The notes under the pieces are model-generated. The model did not search any database. It had not been told where the DNA came from and saw only the letters and a list, made by a program, of their open reading frames with translations. From Promethearchaeati archaeon (lineage in GTDB: Archaea; Asgardarchaeota; Heimdallarchaeia; Heimdallarchaeales; Heimdallarchaeaceae): a stretch of DNA of 64,000 bases. Positions 9,430-19,692 of the stretch are shown here, piece after piece (the stretch's first letter is position 1; the number at the start of each line of letters is the position of its first letter). Location: positions 32,001 to 96,000 of the forward strand of contig JABLTJ010000008.1 in NCBI GenBank assembly GCA_013166775.1, read 5' to 3'. A program made the position numbers and the translations under genes.

Positions 9430-10451
9430 TCTTTTACCTCCCCTATCTTATTAATAATCTCAATAATATCTATATTTGCAGAACAATATTCTATGCATCG
9501 GCTACAGCCGGTACAACCAAATACTTCAGTGTTTTTTGGAAAATAGTTAAACTTGTGGTACACTCTATTTCGTACTCTATTCATTCTAGCAGGTCGAGGA
9601 TTATGCCCTGATGCATGATGTGTATATTCAGGATACATGCAGGAATCCCATACACGAATACGAGCTCCCTTGTTTAATGTACTCTCATCTTGCATATCAA
9701 AACAATGACATGTTGGGCAGAGATATGTACAGGTTCCACATCCAATACATTTTCTTGCAGATTCATACCAAATTGGATGATCAAACATTCCGTCTAATTT
9801 TTCCACGATTCCAGTAAGTTTCATAGTACGTTTTATTTTTCCTATAGCTTCTCTTTCTACTTTATCTCGAGATTTCTGATCCTCACCAGAAGCTGCATCA
9901 AAAAGAGTTTTGTGATCTTCTAAGAACTTCTTTCCAATTTCAGAGTTCCCTTCAATATAATACTTATAACCTAGATCTGTGAACAAAATATCAACGTATT
10001 CAATTGAAGCAGGACTATCATCAAATGAAGTGCAGAAACATGCAGGTCCTGGATTATTACAGCTCAATCCTATCAGCACACTATTTCTTCTTCTTGCTGA
10101 ATAATATGGATCTTCAAAATCTCCAATGAAAACAGGATCCAGAAGAGCAAAAGCTTTGGCATCGCAAGTTCTGATAGCATAGATTACAATTTTTTCATTT
10201 TCTTCTGGTATTTTTTCAACGTTCCCCTTTTTTCCTGGCGTGAAGTGGAATAATGTTTCAGTTTGCTTGAATATTATAGATTTTGGAGGTACTCTGGTAT
10301 TTACATAAGATGTGTCTATCTCTGATGCTTTTTCTACTTCCTTGAACAATGAAAACCCATTTTCTTTAACAGGAGCAAAGAGCTTATTCTTTGCTATAAT
10401 CTGAGTAAATAGCTCTGGAAGTTTTTCCTTAGAAATTATTGCATTTTCCAT
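9426..10451 (-). CDS. flxB: 4Fe-4S protein (FlxB/AsrA/sulfhydrogenase beta-like)
   Basis: RTCD, CFCTS, CIGCGTCTYLCPTCHCF, RVWDSC, CTGCSRC. Confidence 0.8.
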   Translation of the reverse strand: MENAIISKEKLPELFTQIIAKNKLFAPVKENGFSLFKEVEKASEIDTSYVNTRVPPKSIIFKQTETLFHFTPGKKGNVEKIPEENEKIVIYAIRTCDAKAFALLDPVFIGDFEDPYYSARRRNSVLIGLSCNNPGPACFCTSFDDSPASIEYVDILFTDLGYKYYIEGNSEIGKKFLEDHKTLFDAASGEDQKSRDKVEREAIGKIKRTMKLTGIVEKLDGMFDHPIWYESARKCIGCGTCTYLCPTCHCFDMQDESTLNKGARIRVWDSCMYPEYTHHASGHNPRPARMNRVRNRVYHKFNYFPKNTEVFGCTGCSRCIEYCSANIDIIEIINKIGEVKE

Positions 10452-10460
10452 TTTATTACC

Positions 10461-11444
10461 TCACATTATAAATTCTTCTGGATCGTCTGGATTGAAGGTT
10501 CCAAACAAGGTCTTTTCCTCAGGATCCAAACCTGCAGTGTAATCATAGAGTTCTCTAATTTCTTTTTCCAACACCTTATTTAGCTTCATCAAAGGAATTT
10601 CCGCAGGACAAGCTCTTTCACATTCACCACAACTCACACATCTACCAGCTAAATGAAAAGCTCGCATTATATTCCATGCAGTGTTTTCAGAAAGGTCGAC
10701 TGATCTTCTTATCCATTGTGGATCAAGGAAATCCGCCATACATGTTTTACAATAGCATAATGGACAAGCTTCTCTGCAAGCGTAACATCTTATGCAATTT
10801 TCGAAATGTTTCTTCCAATATTCCCATTTTTCAGACAAACTCTTTTCTTCGAATTCTCTTACTTCAATATATGTTGGTTCTGTTTCAACTTCAGTTTCTT
10901 CTCCAATCAAGATATCAAATATGACTGGATTTGGGTATTCACATTCCTTGCAAACATCAGCTAATAATTCTTTTTTTGGTATTTTTTGAACTGATTCTTC
11001 AATTGAAAAGACGTAGTGATTCTTCTCTTCTTTGACATCAGTATATTCGGTTTGATTTGGGAATTTGTCTTTTATCTTTTTAGTATTAACAACTCCTGTA
11101 CAAGGAATTCCTATTAATACAAGGTTCTCTCTCTTCAAGCCTTTCTCTTGAAGAATCTGCACTAATGCCCTTGAATCACATCCTTTTACAACAATACCAA
11201 TCTTACGATCATCTTCTTGTTCTTCTCTTTTCAGAGGAAGTTTTTCTTCTAAAATTGGATAGACTACAAGGTTTTTAGTGCAAAGAGGATTAAATATGAA
11301 TTTTCTAGCATCATCAGATGTATAAGCGAATGAAGGAGCTGTTTCGAAACCATAAGTACCTTCTTCATAACCCACTATATACCTCACGTCTTCTCGAGAT
11401 ACTGTTTCTTTTACAGCATTAATGAGTTCCTTCTGGTCTACCAT
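10461..11444 (-). CDS. flxC: 4Fe-4S protein (FlxC/FdhB-like)
   Basis: KGCDSR, CIRCYACREACPLCYC, RAFHLAGRCVSCGECERACP. Confidence 0.75.
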   Translation of the reverse strand: MVDQKELINAVKETVSREDVRYIVGYEEGTYGFETAPSFAYTSDDARKFIFNPLCTKNLVVYPILEEKLPLKREEQEDDRKIGIVVKGCDSRALVQILQEKGLKRENLVLIGIPCTGVVNTKKIKDKFPNQTEYTDVKEEKNHYVFSIEESVQKIPKKELLADVCKECEYPNPVIFDILIGEETEVETEPTYIEVREFEEKSLSEKWEYWKKHFENCIRCYACREACPLCYCKTCMADFLDPQWIRRSVDLSENTAWNIMRAFHLAGRCVSCGECERACPAEIPLMKLNKVLEKEIRELYDYTAGLDPEEKTLFGTFNPDDPEEFIM

Positions 11445-11863
11445 TCATTCTTCCTCCTAACCTGTTTCATTGGGCCTAATTTCCTAATATCTTCAGTAAC
11501 TTCTTCAATGACTTGTGCAAATTTTCTTCCTTCTGCTGCAGAAACCCATGTCATTCTGACTCTATCTGGTTCAATTCCTAAGAACTCAAGCAGTTTTTTC
11601 ATCATAGTAATTCTTCTTCTCGCTTGATAGTTTCCATGCTGATAATGACAATCCCCAGGATGACATCCTCCTATTAAAACTCCATCAGCTCCTTGTTGGA
11701 GAGCATTAACAACAAACATGGGGTTGACTCTGCCGGAACACATTACTCGAATAATTCTGATATTTGATGGATATTGAATTCTACTTGTTCCTGCCAAATC
11801 TGCGCCAGCATATGAACACCACGTGCATAGGAAGCCTATAATCTTAGGCTCGAAATCTTTCAT
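11438..11863 (-). CDS. mvhD: MvhD/FlxD 2Fe-2S adaptor subunit (copy 2)
   Basis: FLCTWCSYAGADLAG, MCSGRV, GCHPGDCHY. Confidence 0.9.
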   Translation of the reverse strand: MKDFEPKIIGFLCTWCSYAGADLAGTSRIQYPSNIRIIRVMCSGRVNPMFVVNALQQGADGVLIGGCHPGDCHYQHGNYQARRRITMMKKLLEFLGIEPDRVRMTWVSAAEGRKFAQVIEEVTEDIRKLGPMKQVRRKNEW

Positions 11864-11877
11864 TTCGTTCCCCTTTT

Positions 11878-13347
11878 TTATCTTTTAAGGACTTTGATTA
11901 ATTGTTTTTTATGATCATAAATCTCGACTTTTATCGGCATTTGTCCTGGCAAAGAGTGAGTTGCGCAAGCCAAACAGGGATCATAAGCCCTGAAAGCCAT
12001 CTCGATTTTATTCAGACCATCATCATTGTATTGTCCTTGTTTTACCATTTCCTGTGCTGCTTGTTTCACACTTAAGCAAATAGCTGCATTGTTATTTGTT
12101 GTCGCTACTATGATATTAGCTTTTCTCACTCTTGCATTATCATCGGTCTGATAATGGTGATATAGTGTTCCACGAGGTGCTTCAATTACTCCTACTCCCT
12201 CACCAGTAAATGCTCTTTTATCTACTTGGGTTCTACAATTTTCTGAGTACAATTCTGGTTCATCCGCTATTTCTATCATTCTTTCTCCACAATGGAGAAG
12301 CTCCACTAATCTTGCCCAATTGAATCCAAGTGTATGATGTGCTGGTTTACCTCCTAGTACTTGGAACATTTCTTCAAATGCTTCTTGTGCTAAGGGGGTA
12401 TTTATTTTATCTACAACGTTTAATCTTGCTAAAGAATTTACTCTGTACAATCCACTGTCAGGATTGGCTTCAAAACCTTTCCATCCTATTTTCTTGAGAT
12501 ATGGAAATTTTAAATAGGACCAAGGTTCAACATGTTCTGCTAAATGGTCTAGATAATCTTTTGCTTCATATTTAACAACTTCTTTTCCTTTACTATCAAT
12601 GATTCTAATGGTATCTGATGAATAAAAATCTAATTCATTATCTGGACCTACAACTGATTTGTAATAACTTTCCATCTTATAAGCATCAAGATTAATAAAT
12701 GACATCAAATCTTTGTTCTTGACTACAAGATCATTAAATACTTGCAATCCTAGCTTTCCAAATTCTACTGCTTCTTTACTCATCTGTAGGATTTGTTCAG
12801 CTTGCTCTTTGGTTAGGCTTTTACTTACTCCTCCAGGTATAACAGTTACTGGATGAGTGGCTTTCCCACCAATCATTGCTTGTATTTTCTGAGCATAACC
12901 TCGTATTTTGATCGCTTCTTTAGCAACATCAGGAAATGCTTGAAAGATGCCCAATATATTATGAGTACCTGGTTTAGTTTTTTCACCTAGAACAAAATCT
13001 GGTAGAGCAAATGCGTAAAAATGAAGTATGTGACTGTGAACATTATGTCCAAGAGCAAGCATCTCTCTTAGTAATTTTGCAGTTCTTGGAGGATCAACTC
13101 CATATATCTGATCTGCTGCTTTAGCTGGAGCTAAATGATGAGGGATTGGACATACACCACATATCCTAGGTGTAATCCGTAGTACTTCTTCTATAGGTCT
13201 TCCTAAAACAAATCTTTCAAAACCTCGAAGCTCTACAACTTGATAATAAGCATCTTTTACATTCCCTTCATCATTAAGTACTATAGATATTTTTGCTAGT
13301 CCTTCTAATCTAGTTACAGGGTCAATTGTTACTACTTTGCTACTCAT
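11878..13347 (-). CDS. mvhA: Group 3c [NiFe]-hydrogenase large subunit
   Basis: TRLEG, L1 RICGVC, L2 RAYDPCLACATH followed by a cleavable tail. Confidence 0.92.
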   Translation of the reverse strand: MSSKVVTIDPVTRLEGLAKISIVLNDEGNVKDAYYQVVELRGFERFVLGRPIEEVLRITPRICGVCPIPHHLAPAKAADQIYGVDPPRTAKLLREMLALGHNVHSHILHFYAFALPDFVLGEKTKPGTHNILGIFQAFPDVAKEAIKIRGYAQKIQAMIGGKATHPVTVIPGGVSKSLTKEQAEQILQMSKEAVEFGKLGLQVFNDLVVKNKDLMSFINLDAYKMESYYKSVVGPDNELDFYSSDTIRIIDSKGKEVVKYEAKDYLDHLAEHVEPWSYLKFPYLKKIGWKGFEANPDSGLYRVNSLARLNVVDKINTPLAQEAFEEMFQVLGGKPAHHTLGFNWARLVELLHCGERMIEIADEPELYSENCRTQVDKRAFTGEGVGVIEAPRGTLYHHYQTDDNARVRKANIIVATTNNNAAICLSVKQAAQEMVKQGQYNDDGLNKIEMAFRAYDPCLACATHSLPGQMPIKVEIYDHKKQLIKVLKR

Positions 13348-14348
13348 ATTAACTCCTCCTCTGAATGAAGTTTATAAATTAATGATTTACCATACGTAAA
13401 TCGATAAAAAGTTCCCAAAGGATCTGGGATTTTGTCTACAATTTTATCCAATTCTTCCTCCGTCATTTCTTCCTCTATTTCAACTTCAAGGAGAGATGTT
13501 AATGCTGAAATCATTTTCAGTCCATGATCTTTAACCTTATCTGTTGGCCCCAGACATCCTCTACAACCAACATTCATTTTGGTACACAGACCATCACATC
13601 CAGCTCTTGTTGCAGGCCCTAAACAGAGAATGCCTTGAGGTAGCAGACATAAATCTGGATCCATCTCATCAACCTCTTGAGGTGAAATGAACTCTTTAAA
13701 TGAAATCTTTTCAGGTTTGGTTCTACCACATTCTTCACACAAAGTTTTGGTTCCTGCAATTACTGAACCCTTTGGAGGAAGTTTTCCTGTATTAGCATAT
13801 AGCTTCAGTACTTCAACTACTTGCTCAATCAGTGGTACCATTGGAGGACATCCGGGAACAAAATAATCAACATCGATTACTTCTTCTAAAGCATCAGCAT
13901 TTTCTAATATACCTGGTAATGTTAGTTCAACATCATTTATTTTTACAGATGTAAGTGGTACAGTATTTTCTGGATTATCCATTGAAGGTACATCTTTGTA
14001 CACAAGATCAAACATGTCCTGCTCAAATGGCATATTTGCTAAACTTGGAATACCACCAAAATTAGCACACGCACCAAACGCAACAACAACTTTGGATTTC
14101 TGGCGCAAAATTTTTGCGATTTTTGCATCTTCTGTTGTTCTTATTGCCCCATGATAAATTCCAACATCTACTTCTTTATCTTTCAATTTCTTCAAATCAT
14201 CTAACTTGAAATCCATTGCTGTTGGCCAGAATTTGAATTCAACAAGATCAAAAACCTCTAGTATCTTTTCATTTAAATCAAGGATTGCTACATCGCAACC
14301 TGCACAAGTTGCTCCAAGAGCTATCGCTAGGTTAATCTTCTTCATCAT
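13344..14348 (-). CDS. mvhG: Group 3c [NiFe]-hydrogenase small subunit
   Basis: CAGC, GACA..GG, PGCPP, CEEC, CLGPATRAGC...CRGC. Confidence 0.9.
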   Translation of the reverse strand: MMKKINLAIALGATCAGCDVAILDLNEKILEVFDLVEFKFWPTAMDFKLDDLKKLKDKEVDVGIYHGAIRTTEDAKIAKILRQKSKVVVAFGACANFGGIPSLANMPFEQDMFDLVYKDVPSMDNPENTVPLTSVKINDVELTLPGILENADALEEVIDVDYFVPGCPPMVPLIEQVVEVLKLYANTGKLPPKGSVIAGTKTLCEECGRTKPEKISFKEFISPQEVDEMDPDLCLLPQGILCLGPATRAGCDGLCTKMNVGCRGCLGPTDKVKDHGLKMISALTSLLEVEIEEEMTEEELDKIVDKIPDPLGTFYRFTYGKSLIYKLHSEEELI

Positions 14349-14794
14349 GAATCTCCTCCTTTACCATTCTTACCATAAGGAGGAAGTTTCTTTAAATCCT
14401 CAACCATTTCTGTTGTAATCTTAGCAAATTTAGCTCCTTCTGTAGCTGATATCCATGTAATCCTAAATCTCTTTGGATTTACTCCAACTTGCTTGAGAAG
14501 TCTTGAAAGTAAAGCCATCCGTCTGAATGTTTTGTAATTCCCTGTTTTATAATGACAATCTCCAAAATGACACCCTGTTATGAGTACTCCATCTGCACCT
14601 TCTAGAAAAGCTTCCACAACATGCTGAGGATCTATTCTACTAGAACAATTAACCATAATAGGTAGAACATTTGTAGGATAATGTAATCTGGAAGTACCTG
14701 CTAAATCTGCACCTTTTCCAGAACACCATCTACATAAGAATAACACAACATTAGGATTTGAATTTAGTTCAGTAATTTGTGTAGTTTTGCTCAT
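14345..14794 (-). CDS. mvhD: MvhD 2Fe-2S adaptor subunit (copy 1)
   Basis: FLCRWCS..ADLAG, NCSSRI, GCHFGDCHY. Confidence 0.9.
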   Translation of the reverse strand: MSKTTQITELNSNPNVVLFLCRWCSGKGADLAGTSRLHYPTNVLPIMVNCSSRIDPQHVVEAFLEGADGVLITGCHFGDCHYKTGNYKTFRRMALLSRLLKQVGVNPKRFRITWISATEGAKFAKITTEMVEDLKKLPPYGKNGKGGDS

Positions 14795-14798
14795 TTCA

Positions 14799-16751
14799 TC
14801 ACACCCTCAAAAGTGCCTTTATGCTAGCACTTATACTCTCGTAAGTAGAATTTCTTAATTCAATGCTTCCTGAAGGACAAGCTGCAGCACAACTCCCGCA
14901 TCCTTCACATAATGCTTCATTTACAAGCACTTTGTTCTGATTTTCATCATAGTAGATAGCTCCATATGGGCAAACATGAATGCAAGTATGACAAATTCCA
15001 CAAGTAAGATCATCTATTTCTGCTATGACTGGATCTCTCTCCAAGAAATCAGAAGATAATATAGTTTCAGCTTTAGCAGCTGCTCCTGAAGCTTGAGCAA
15101 CAGCTTCAGGAATATCTTTGGGGCCTGATGCTGTACCTGCTACAAAAACACCTGAGATAACTGTTTCAACCGGCTTTAGTTTTGGATGAGCTTCTTTTAC
15201 GAAACCTTTACTATCACATGAAAGTTTCAGGATATTGGAAATTTCTTGTGTTCCTTCGCTTGGTAGTAATCCTGTTGCTAGAACTACCATATCTGCATGT
15301 AATTCAATTGATTCAGAAGTAAGTGTATTCACTCCCCTAATCAGTACTTTCTCTCCATCTTGTAATAATTCTGATACCTTTCCCCTAATGTAAATTACAT
15401 TTTCTTCTTCAGCAGCTCTTTTGTAGAACTCCTCATAATCCTTACCTGCAGTTCTGACATCAATATAGAAATTTATAGCAACTCCATCATGGACCAGATG
15501 TTTATACTGCATAGCATGTTTTGTTGCGTACATGCAACAAATTTTCGAACAATATGGAAGGTGTTTTGCTGGATCTCGAGAACCTGCACAATGAATAAAA
15601 ACAACTATCTTTGGAATATTCCCATCAGAAGGTCTTCGAATCACACCTTGTGTAGGTCCATTTGCAGAAAGTAATCTCTCAAATTCCAAACCTGAGACAA
15701 CGTTATGAATGTTGCCATACCCATATTCTCCTATTCTTTCATATGGATAAACCGAATAACCTGTTGCAACAACAATCGCTCCAAATTCCTCCTCAATAAA
15801 TTCTGCTTTCATATCAAAATCTATAGCCTTGGGATCACAGACTTCTTTACATTTTGCGCAAATTAGTGGATCGATTCCAAGACATGTACTAGGATCTATA
15901 ATATATGAAGCTGGGACAGCTTGAGGAAATGCTATATAGATTGCCTTTCGTGGAGACAATCCTGCATTATATTCATCATGAACTATAACTGGACAAACAT
16001 GAACACAATCGTCACATATTGTACACTTTTCTTCAATTACGTAACGAGGTTTCTTCTTAATTTTTACCTTGAAGCTTCCAACATAACCATCAACATTTTC
16101 TACTTCGCTGTTAGTTAGTAATTGAATATTTGGATGACGACCTACAGCAACCATTTTTGGCGTTAATATACATTGAGAGCAATCCAAGGTTGGGAATGTT
16201 TCTGCAAGTTGAGCCATTTTTCCTCCGATTGTTGAATCCTTCTCTACTAGTGTAACCTGATATCCTGCATCTGCAATATCTAATGCCGCTTGTATTCCTG
16301 CTATCCCTCCACCAATAACTAGTGCTTTTCTTGTAACAGGAACATTATAGGGTTCCAATGCTTGATTTCTTTTTACCTTTTCAATTGTTGATTCAATTAT
16401 CTTAATTGTTTTTTCTGTAGCTTTTTCTTTGTTTTCATGAACCCAAGAACACTGTTCTCTTATATTAGCCATTTCTGTAAGATATTGATTCAATCCCGCT
16501 TCTTTAGTAACAATTCTGAAAGTGTCCTCATGCATATCTTTACTACAAGCTGCTACAACTACTCGATCTAAATCATGTTTCTTGATTGCTTCCTTGATAA
16601 TAGTTTGACCTGGTTCTGAGCACATATACATACTATCTTCTACATGTACCACATCCTCATAGTCTTTGATGCTCTCTAAGACTTTCTTAATATCAACAGT
16701 GTGAGCAATATTTCTCCCACAGTGACAAACAAATACACCAACTTTACTCAT
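14799..16751 (-). CDS. hdrA: Heterodisulfide reductase subunit A (copy 1); likely start MSKVGVFVCHCG at 16751
   Basis: VCHCGRNI, GGGIAG, AETFPTLDC, CSKICCMY, C-terminal ferredoxin domain. Confidence 0.95.
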   Translation of the reverse strand: MSKVGVFVCHCGRNIAHTVDIKKVLESIKDYEDVVHVEDSMYMCSEPGQTIIKEAIKKHDLDRVVVAACSKDMHEDTFRIVTKEAGLNQYLTEMANIREQCSWVHENKEKATEKTIKIIESTIEKVKRNQALEPYNVPVTRKALVIGGGIAGIQAALDIADAGYQVTLVEKDSTIGGKMAQLAETFPTLDCSQCILTPKMVAVGRHPNIQLLTNSEVENVDGYVGSFKVKIKKKPRYVIEEKCTICDDCVHVCPVIVHDEYNAGLSPRKAIYIAFPQAVPASYIIDPSTCLGIDPLICAKCKEVCDPKAIDFDMKAEFIEEEFGAIVVATGYSVYPYERIGEYGYGNIHNVVSGLEFERLLSANGPTQGVIRRPSDGNIPKIVVFIHCAGSRDPAKHLPYCSKICCMYATKHAMQYKHLVHDGVAINFYIDVRTAGKDYEEFYKRAAEEENVIYIRGKVSELLQDGEKVLIRGVNTLTSESIELHADMVVLATGLLPSEGTQEISNILKLSCDSKGFVKEAHPKLKPVETVISGVFVAGTASGPKDIPEAVAQASGAAAKAETILSSDFLERDPVIAEIDDLTCGICHTCIHVCPYGAIYYDENQNKVLVNEALCEGCGSCAAACPSGSIELRNSTYESISASIKALLRV

Positions 16752-16755
16752 AGTT

Positions 16756-17313
16756 TTATCCTTCTTGCTTGTATTCTTTTCCTTTCTTAAATGCAATAAG
16801 ATTTTTCTCAATGTATCGAGCTTTAATCTTTTGTTTCATAACCGTAACAAGAGCTTCTTCGGATACTATGTCTTTTGCATTAGCACATACATATCCTAAC
16901 ATTGCTATATTAGCAAAGATTTTACTACCAAGAGTTTCTGCAATTTTTGTTGCAGGGATTTTAAAAATCTGTTTAGCTTTATTGGCATTATCATCCAAGT
17001 GTACTAGATTCTCTTCAACAAATAAAATTCCACCTTTCTTAAGTTTAGGAATATATTTGTTATATGCTTCTTCGGATAATACTACAAAATAATCTAGTTC
17101 TGTAGCTTTAGGAAAATCAATCTCTTCAGTATCTATTACGACATCTGCGCTACTAGCACCTCCTCTGCTTTCAGGACCATAGCTTTGTGTCATTACTGAG
17201 TTCTTTCCTTTTTCATACAAAGCAACAGCTTCACCTACTAATCTTCCCATAAGACCTATACCTTGACCCCCAAATCCTGCGAAACGTACTTCTACTCTAG
17301 CCATAATAATCAC
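16756..17313 (-). CDS. korC: 2-oxoacid:ferredoxin oxidoreductase gamma subunit
   Basis: FAGFGGQG, QSYGPESRGGAS, NIAMLG. Confidence 0.85.
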   Translation of the reverse strand: MIIMARVEVRFAGFGGQGIGLMGRLVGEAVALYEKGKNSVMTQSYGPESRGGASSADVVIDTEEIDFPKATELDYFVVLSEEAYNKYIPKLKKGGILFVEENLVHLDDNANKAKQIFKIPATKIAETLGSKIFANIAMLGYVCANAKDIVSEEALVTVMKQKIKARYIEKNLIAFKKGKEYKQEG

Positions 17314-18179
17314 TCCTTACTAACTGAAGCTCTTCCCCTCTTTTGGAGATCTAAAAGATGATCTGTTAATGTCGGTCTACCTTCAATATCTACAAATTTT
17401 CCAACAATCAGTGGTCCATCTTTTTCTATACCAACCTCTCGTGTGTCAGCTCCGTGTTGTAGTTCTGTGTGATCCTTATAGAATTCAAGTATCATCTTTC
17501 CTTCTGCTAATTGATTCCGACGTCCATAGGTTGTGGGGCAACTACCAAGAACCTCAACAAATGAGAATCCTTTCTTAGAAAGAGCTTCTACGAGAGAATC
17601 TTTCATCCTTCTTACATCCAATGCAGTCCACCTTGCAACATATACTGCTCCACAAGAGGTTGCTAAATCAGGTAAGTTAAATGGCTCTTCAACTGCACCA
17701 TAAGGGGCGGTGGTTTGAAATTGACCTATGTAAGAAGTGGGCCCAACTTGACCTCCAGTCATACCATAGTTAAAATTGTTTACACAAATAACAGTTATAT
17801 CTGCATTTCTTCTTGCAGCATGAATGAAATGATTCCCACCTATTGCAAAGAGATCTCCATCTCCTGAAATAACAATTACCTTTCGTTCAGGATCTGTTAT
17901 ACCTAATCCGATTGCAAATGGAATAGCTCTTCCATGTGTTGTATGAAAACTATCAAAGTTTAGATATCCTGATATTCTGCCTGTGCATCCAATTCCAGAT
18001 ACTACTGCAACTTTTTTTGGATCTAATCCTGCTGCAAGTATTGCATCTACTATAACAGTTGTTATCGAACCCAAACTACAACCTGGGCAGAAAATATGTG
18101 GAATCCTTCCTTTTCTCAAATAACCATCCAAAGGGTGTTCATGAGATTCAATTAACTCAATTTTTTCTTCTACCATCAT
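17310..18179 (-). CDS. korB: 2-oxoacid:ferredoxin oxidoreductase beta subunit (TPP-binding)
   Basis: FCPGC, SGIGC, TTHGRA, GDGD...NNFNYGMTGGQ, CPT. Confidence 0.9.
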   Translation of the reverse strand: MMVEEKIELIESHEHPLDGYLRKGRIPHIFCPGCSLGSITTVIVDAILAAGLDPKKVAVVSGIGCTGRISGYLNFDSFHTTHGRAIPFAIGLGITDPERKVIVISGDGDLFAIGGNHFIHAARRNADITVICVNNFNYGMTGGQVGPTSYIGQFQTTAPYGAVEEPFNLPDLATSCGAVYVARWTALDVRRMKDSLVEALSKKGFSFVEVLGSCPTTYGRRNQLAEGKMILEFYKDHTELQHGADTREVGIEKDGPLIVGKFVDIEGRPTLTDHLLDLQKRGRASVSKE

Positions 18180-19339
18180 TTACCCTTCTCTATTTCTTTT
18201 AAAATCTCTTCAGGAGTATGTATTGCTCCCCCTAGTTTGAAAATTCCTTTAACTTCAGTTTTACCATGAGACGATCTTTCGATTTCTCTAGTTATTTGTC
18301 CATAGTTTATTTCAGGAACAATAATTTTCTTCACTTGATCTGCTAGTAAATCTATTCTCTCATCAGGAAATGGCCAAACAGTTATTAACCTTAACAGACC
18401 TACTTTAATGCCTTTTTTCCTTGCTCTATTAACAGATCCCTTTGCAGCTCTTGCACTTGTTCCAAAGGAAATTAAAGCAATATCTGCATCATCCAATTTA
18501 TATTCTTCAGTTTTGATAATTTTCTTTTTGTTCTTTCGAATTTTGTCATTGATTCTTCTTACATTTTTTTCTTGTGCTTCAGCGGATATTTCAGGATAAC
18601 CTCTCTCATCATGAGTCAAACCTGTCATCATAACTCGATAACCATCACCTGCTATTGCCATCAGTGGTACAAGATCTTTCCCTGCTTTATATGGTAAATA
18701 TTCTTCTGGTGGTACTGTAGGCTTTTTTCTGTTCACAATTTTTATTTTCTCTTTAGCCGGAATTACAAGTTTTTCACTCATATGACCGATTGTTTCATCC
18801 ATAAGAAATGTAACAGGCAACCGATATTGTTCTGAAAAATTAAAAGCTGATATAACTAGATCGAAACTCTCTTGGACAGTACTTGGAGATATTACAATTG
18901 GTTCATAATCTCCATGTGAACCCCATTTTGTTTGCATGACATCTTGTTGTCCAACTAAAGTTGGTAATCCTGTTGAGGGACCACCTCTCTGCACATTCAC
19001 TATTACACAAGGTGTTTCAGTCATCATTCCTAAACCTATATTTTCTACCATTAAAGAATAGCCTGGTCCTGATGTAGCAGTCATACTTTTAGATCCTCCC
19101 CAAGATGCACCAAGAATACTTGCTATTGAGGCAATTTCATCTTCAAACTGGACAAAATGACCATTAATTTGAGGTAATCTTCTTGCCATATGTTCAGCAA
19201 TTTCAGAACTTGGAGTGATTGGATATCCTCCGAAGAACTTACATCCAGCAGCAAGTGAACCTTCTGCTACAGCAATGTTGCCAGTTACGAAATGTTTACC
19301 TGTCATAACTTCAAGCAATTCAGCTTCTTCTTTACTCAT
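18176..19339 (-). CDS. korA: 2-oxoacid (2-oxoglutarate-type):ferredoxin oxidoreductase alpha subunit; ATG at 19339
   Basis: [31 protein letters not shown]. Confidence 0.9.
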   Translation of the reverse strand: MSKEEAELLEVMTGKHFVTGNIAVAEGSLAAGCKFFGGYPITPSSEIAEHMARRLPQINGHFVQFEDEIASIASILGASWGGSKSMTATSGPGYSLMVENIGLGMMTETPCVIVNVQRGGPSTGLPTLVGQQDVMQTKWGSHGDYEPIVISPSTVQESFDLVISAFNFSEQYRLPVTFLMDETIGHMSEKLVIPAKEKIKIVNRKKPTVPPEEYLPYKAGKDLVPLMAIAGDGYRVMMTGLTHDERGYPEISAEAQEKNVRRINDKIRKNKKKIIKTEEYKLDDADIALISFGTSARAAKGSVNRARKKGIKVGLLRLITVWPFPDERIDLLADQVKKIIVPEINYGQITREIERSSHGKTEVKGIFKLGGAIHTPEEILKEIEKGK

Positions 19340-19655
19340 CTTCTTCACTTCCTTCTTCCTCTTCAGGAGCTACAACAAAAATCGCAAATTCTGGGCAAAT
19401 CAATTCACAAAAGTGACATTCAGCACAATCATCGAATGTTTTACCATCAATAAGTTTGGGTGGATGATATCCTTTTTCATTAATTTCACCTGATTTCTCA
19501 AGAATCTCTTCAGGGCAGTGAATAATACACCACTCACACTCTTTGCATCTTTCCTTAATTAAGAAAACCTGGGGGGCTTTACTTTTATATTTACTAATGT
19601 CAATAAAAGCAGGCCATTCCGGTTTTTTCCTTCGTCTATCTAGTGACGATTTCAT
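19332..19655 (-). CDS. korD: 2-oxoacid:ferredoxin oxidoreductase delta (ferredoxin) subunit
   Basis: [35 protein letters not shown]. Confidence 0.85.
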   Translation of the reverse strand: MKSSLDRRRKKPEWPAFIDISKYKSKAPQVFLIKERCKECEWCIIHCPEEILEKSGEINEKGYHPPKLIDGKTFDDCAECHFCELICPEFAIFVVAPEEEEGSEEDE

Positions 19656-19692
19656 TAAAAATTACCATTATCTGATGTTGAGCGCGGACAAG

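Noticed and set aside
8593-10451. Anaerobic sulfite reductase AsrAB or group 3b sulfhydrogenase assignment
   Set aside because: No AsrC is present; the neighbouring FlxC-like, MvhD and HdrA genes and the MvhG-type small subunit fit Flx plus group 3c better
6611-16811. Selenocysteine recoding in HdrA, MvhD or MvhA
   Set aside because: The ORFs are full length and have Cys at the usual positions (DPCLAC, GCH..DCHY); no in-frame TGA is needed
16752-16811. N-terminal extension of HdrA1 in the ORF track
   Set aside because: It overlaps korC; the family N-terminus begins at ATG 16751
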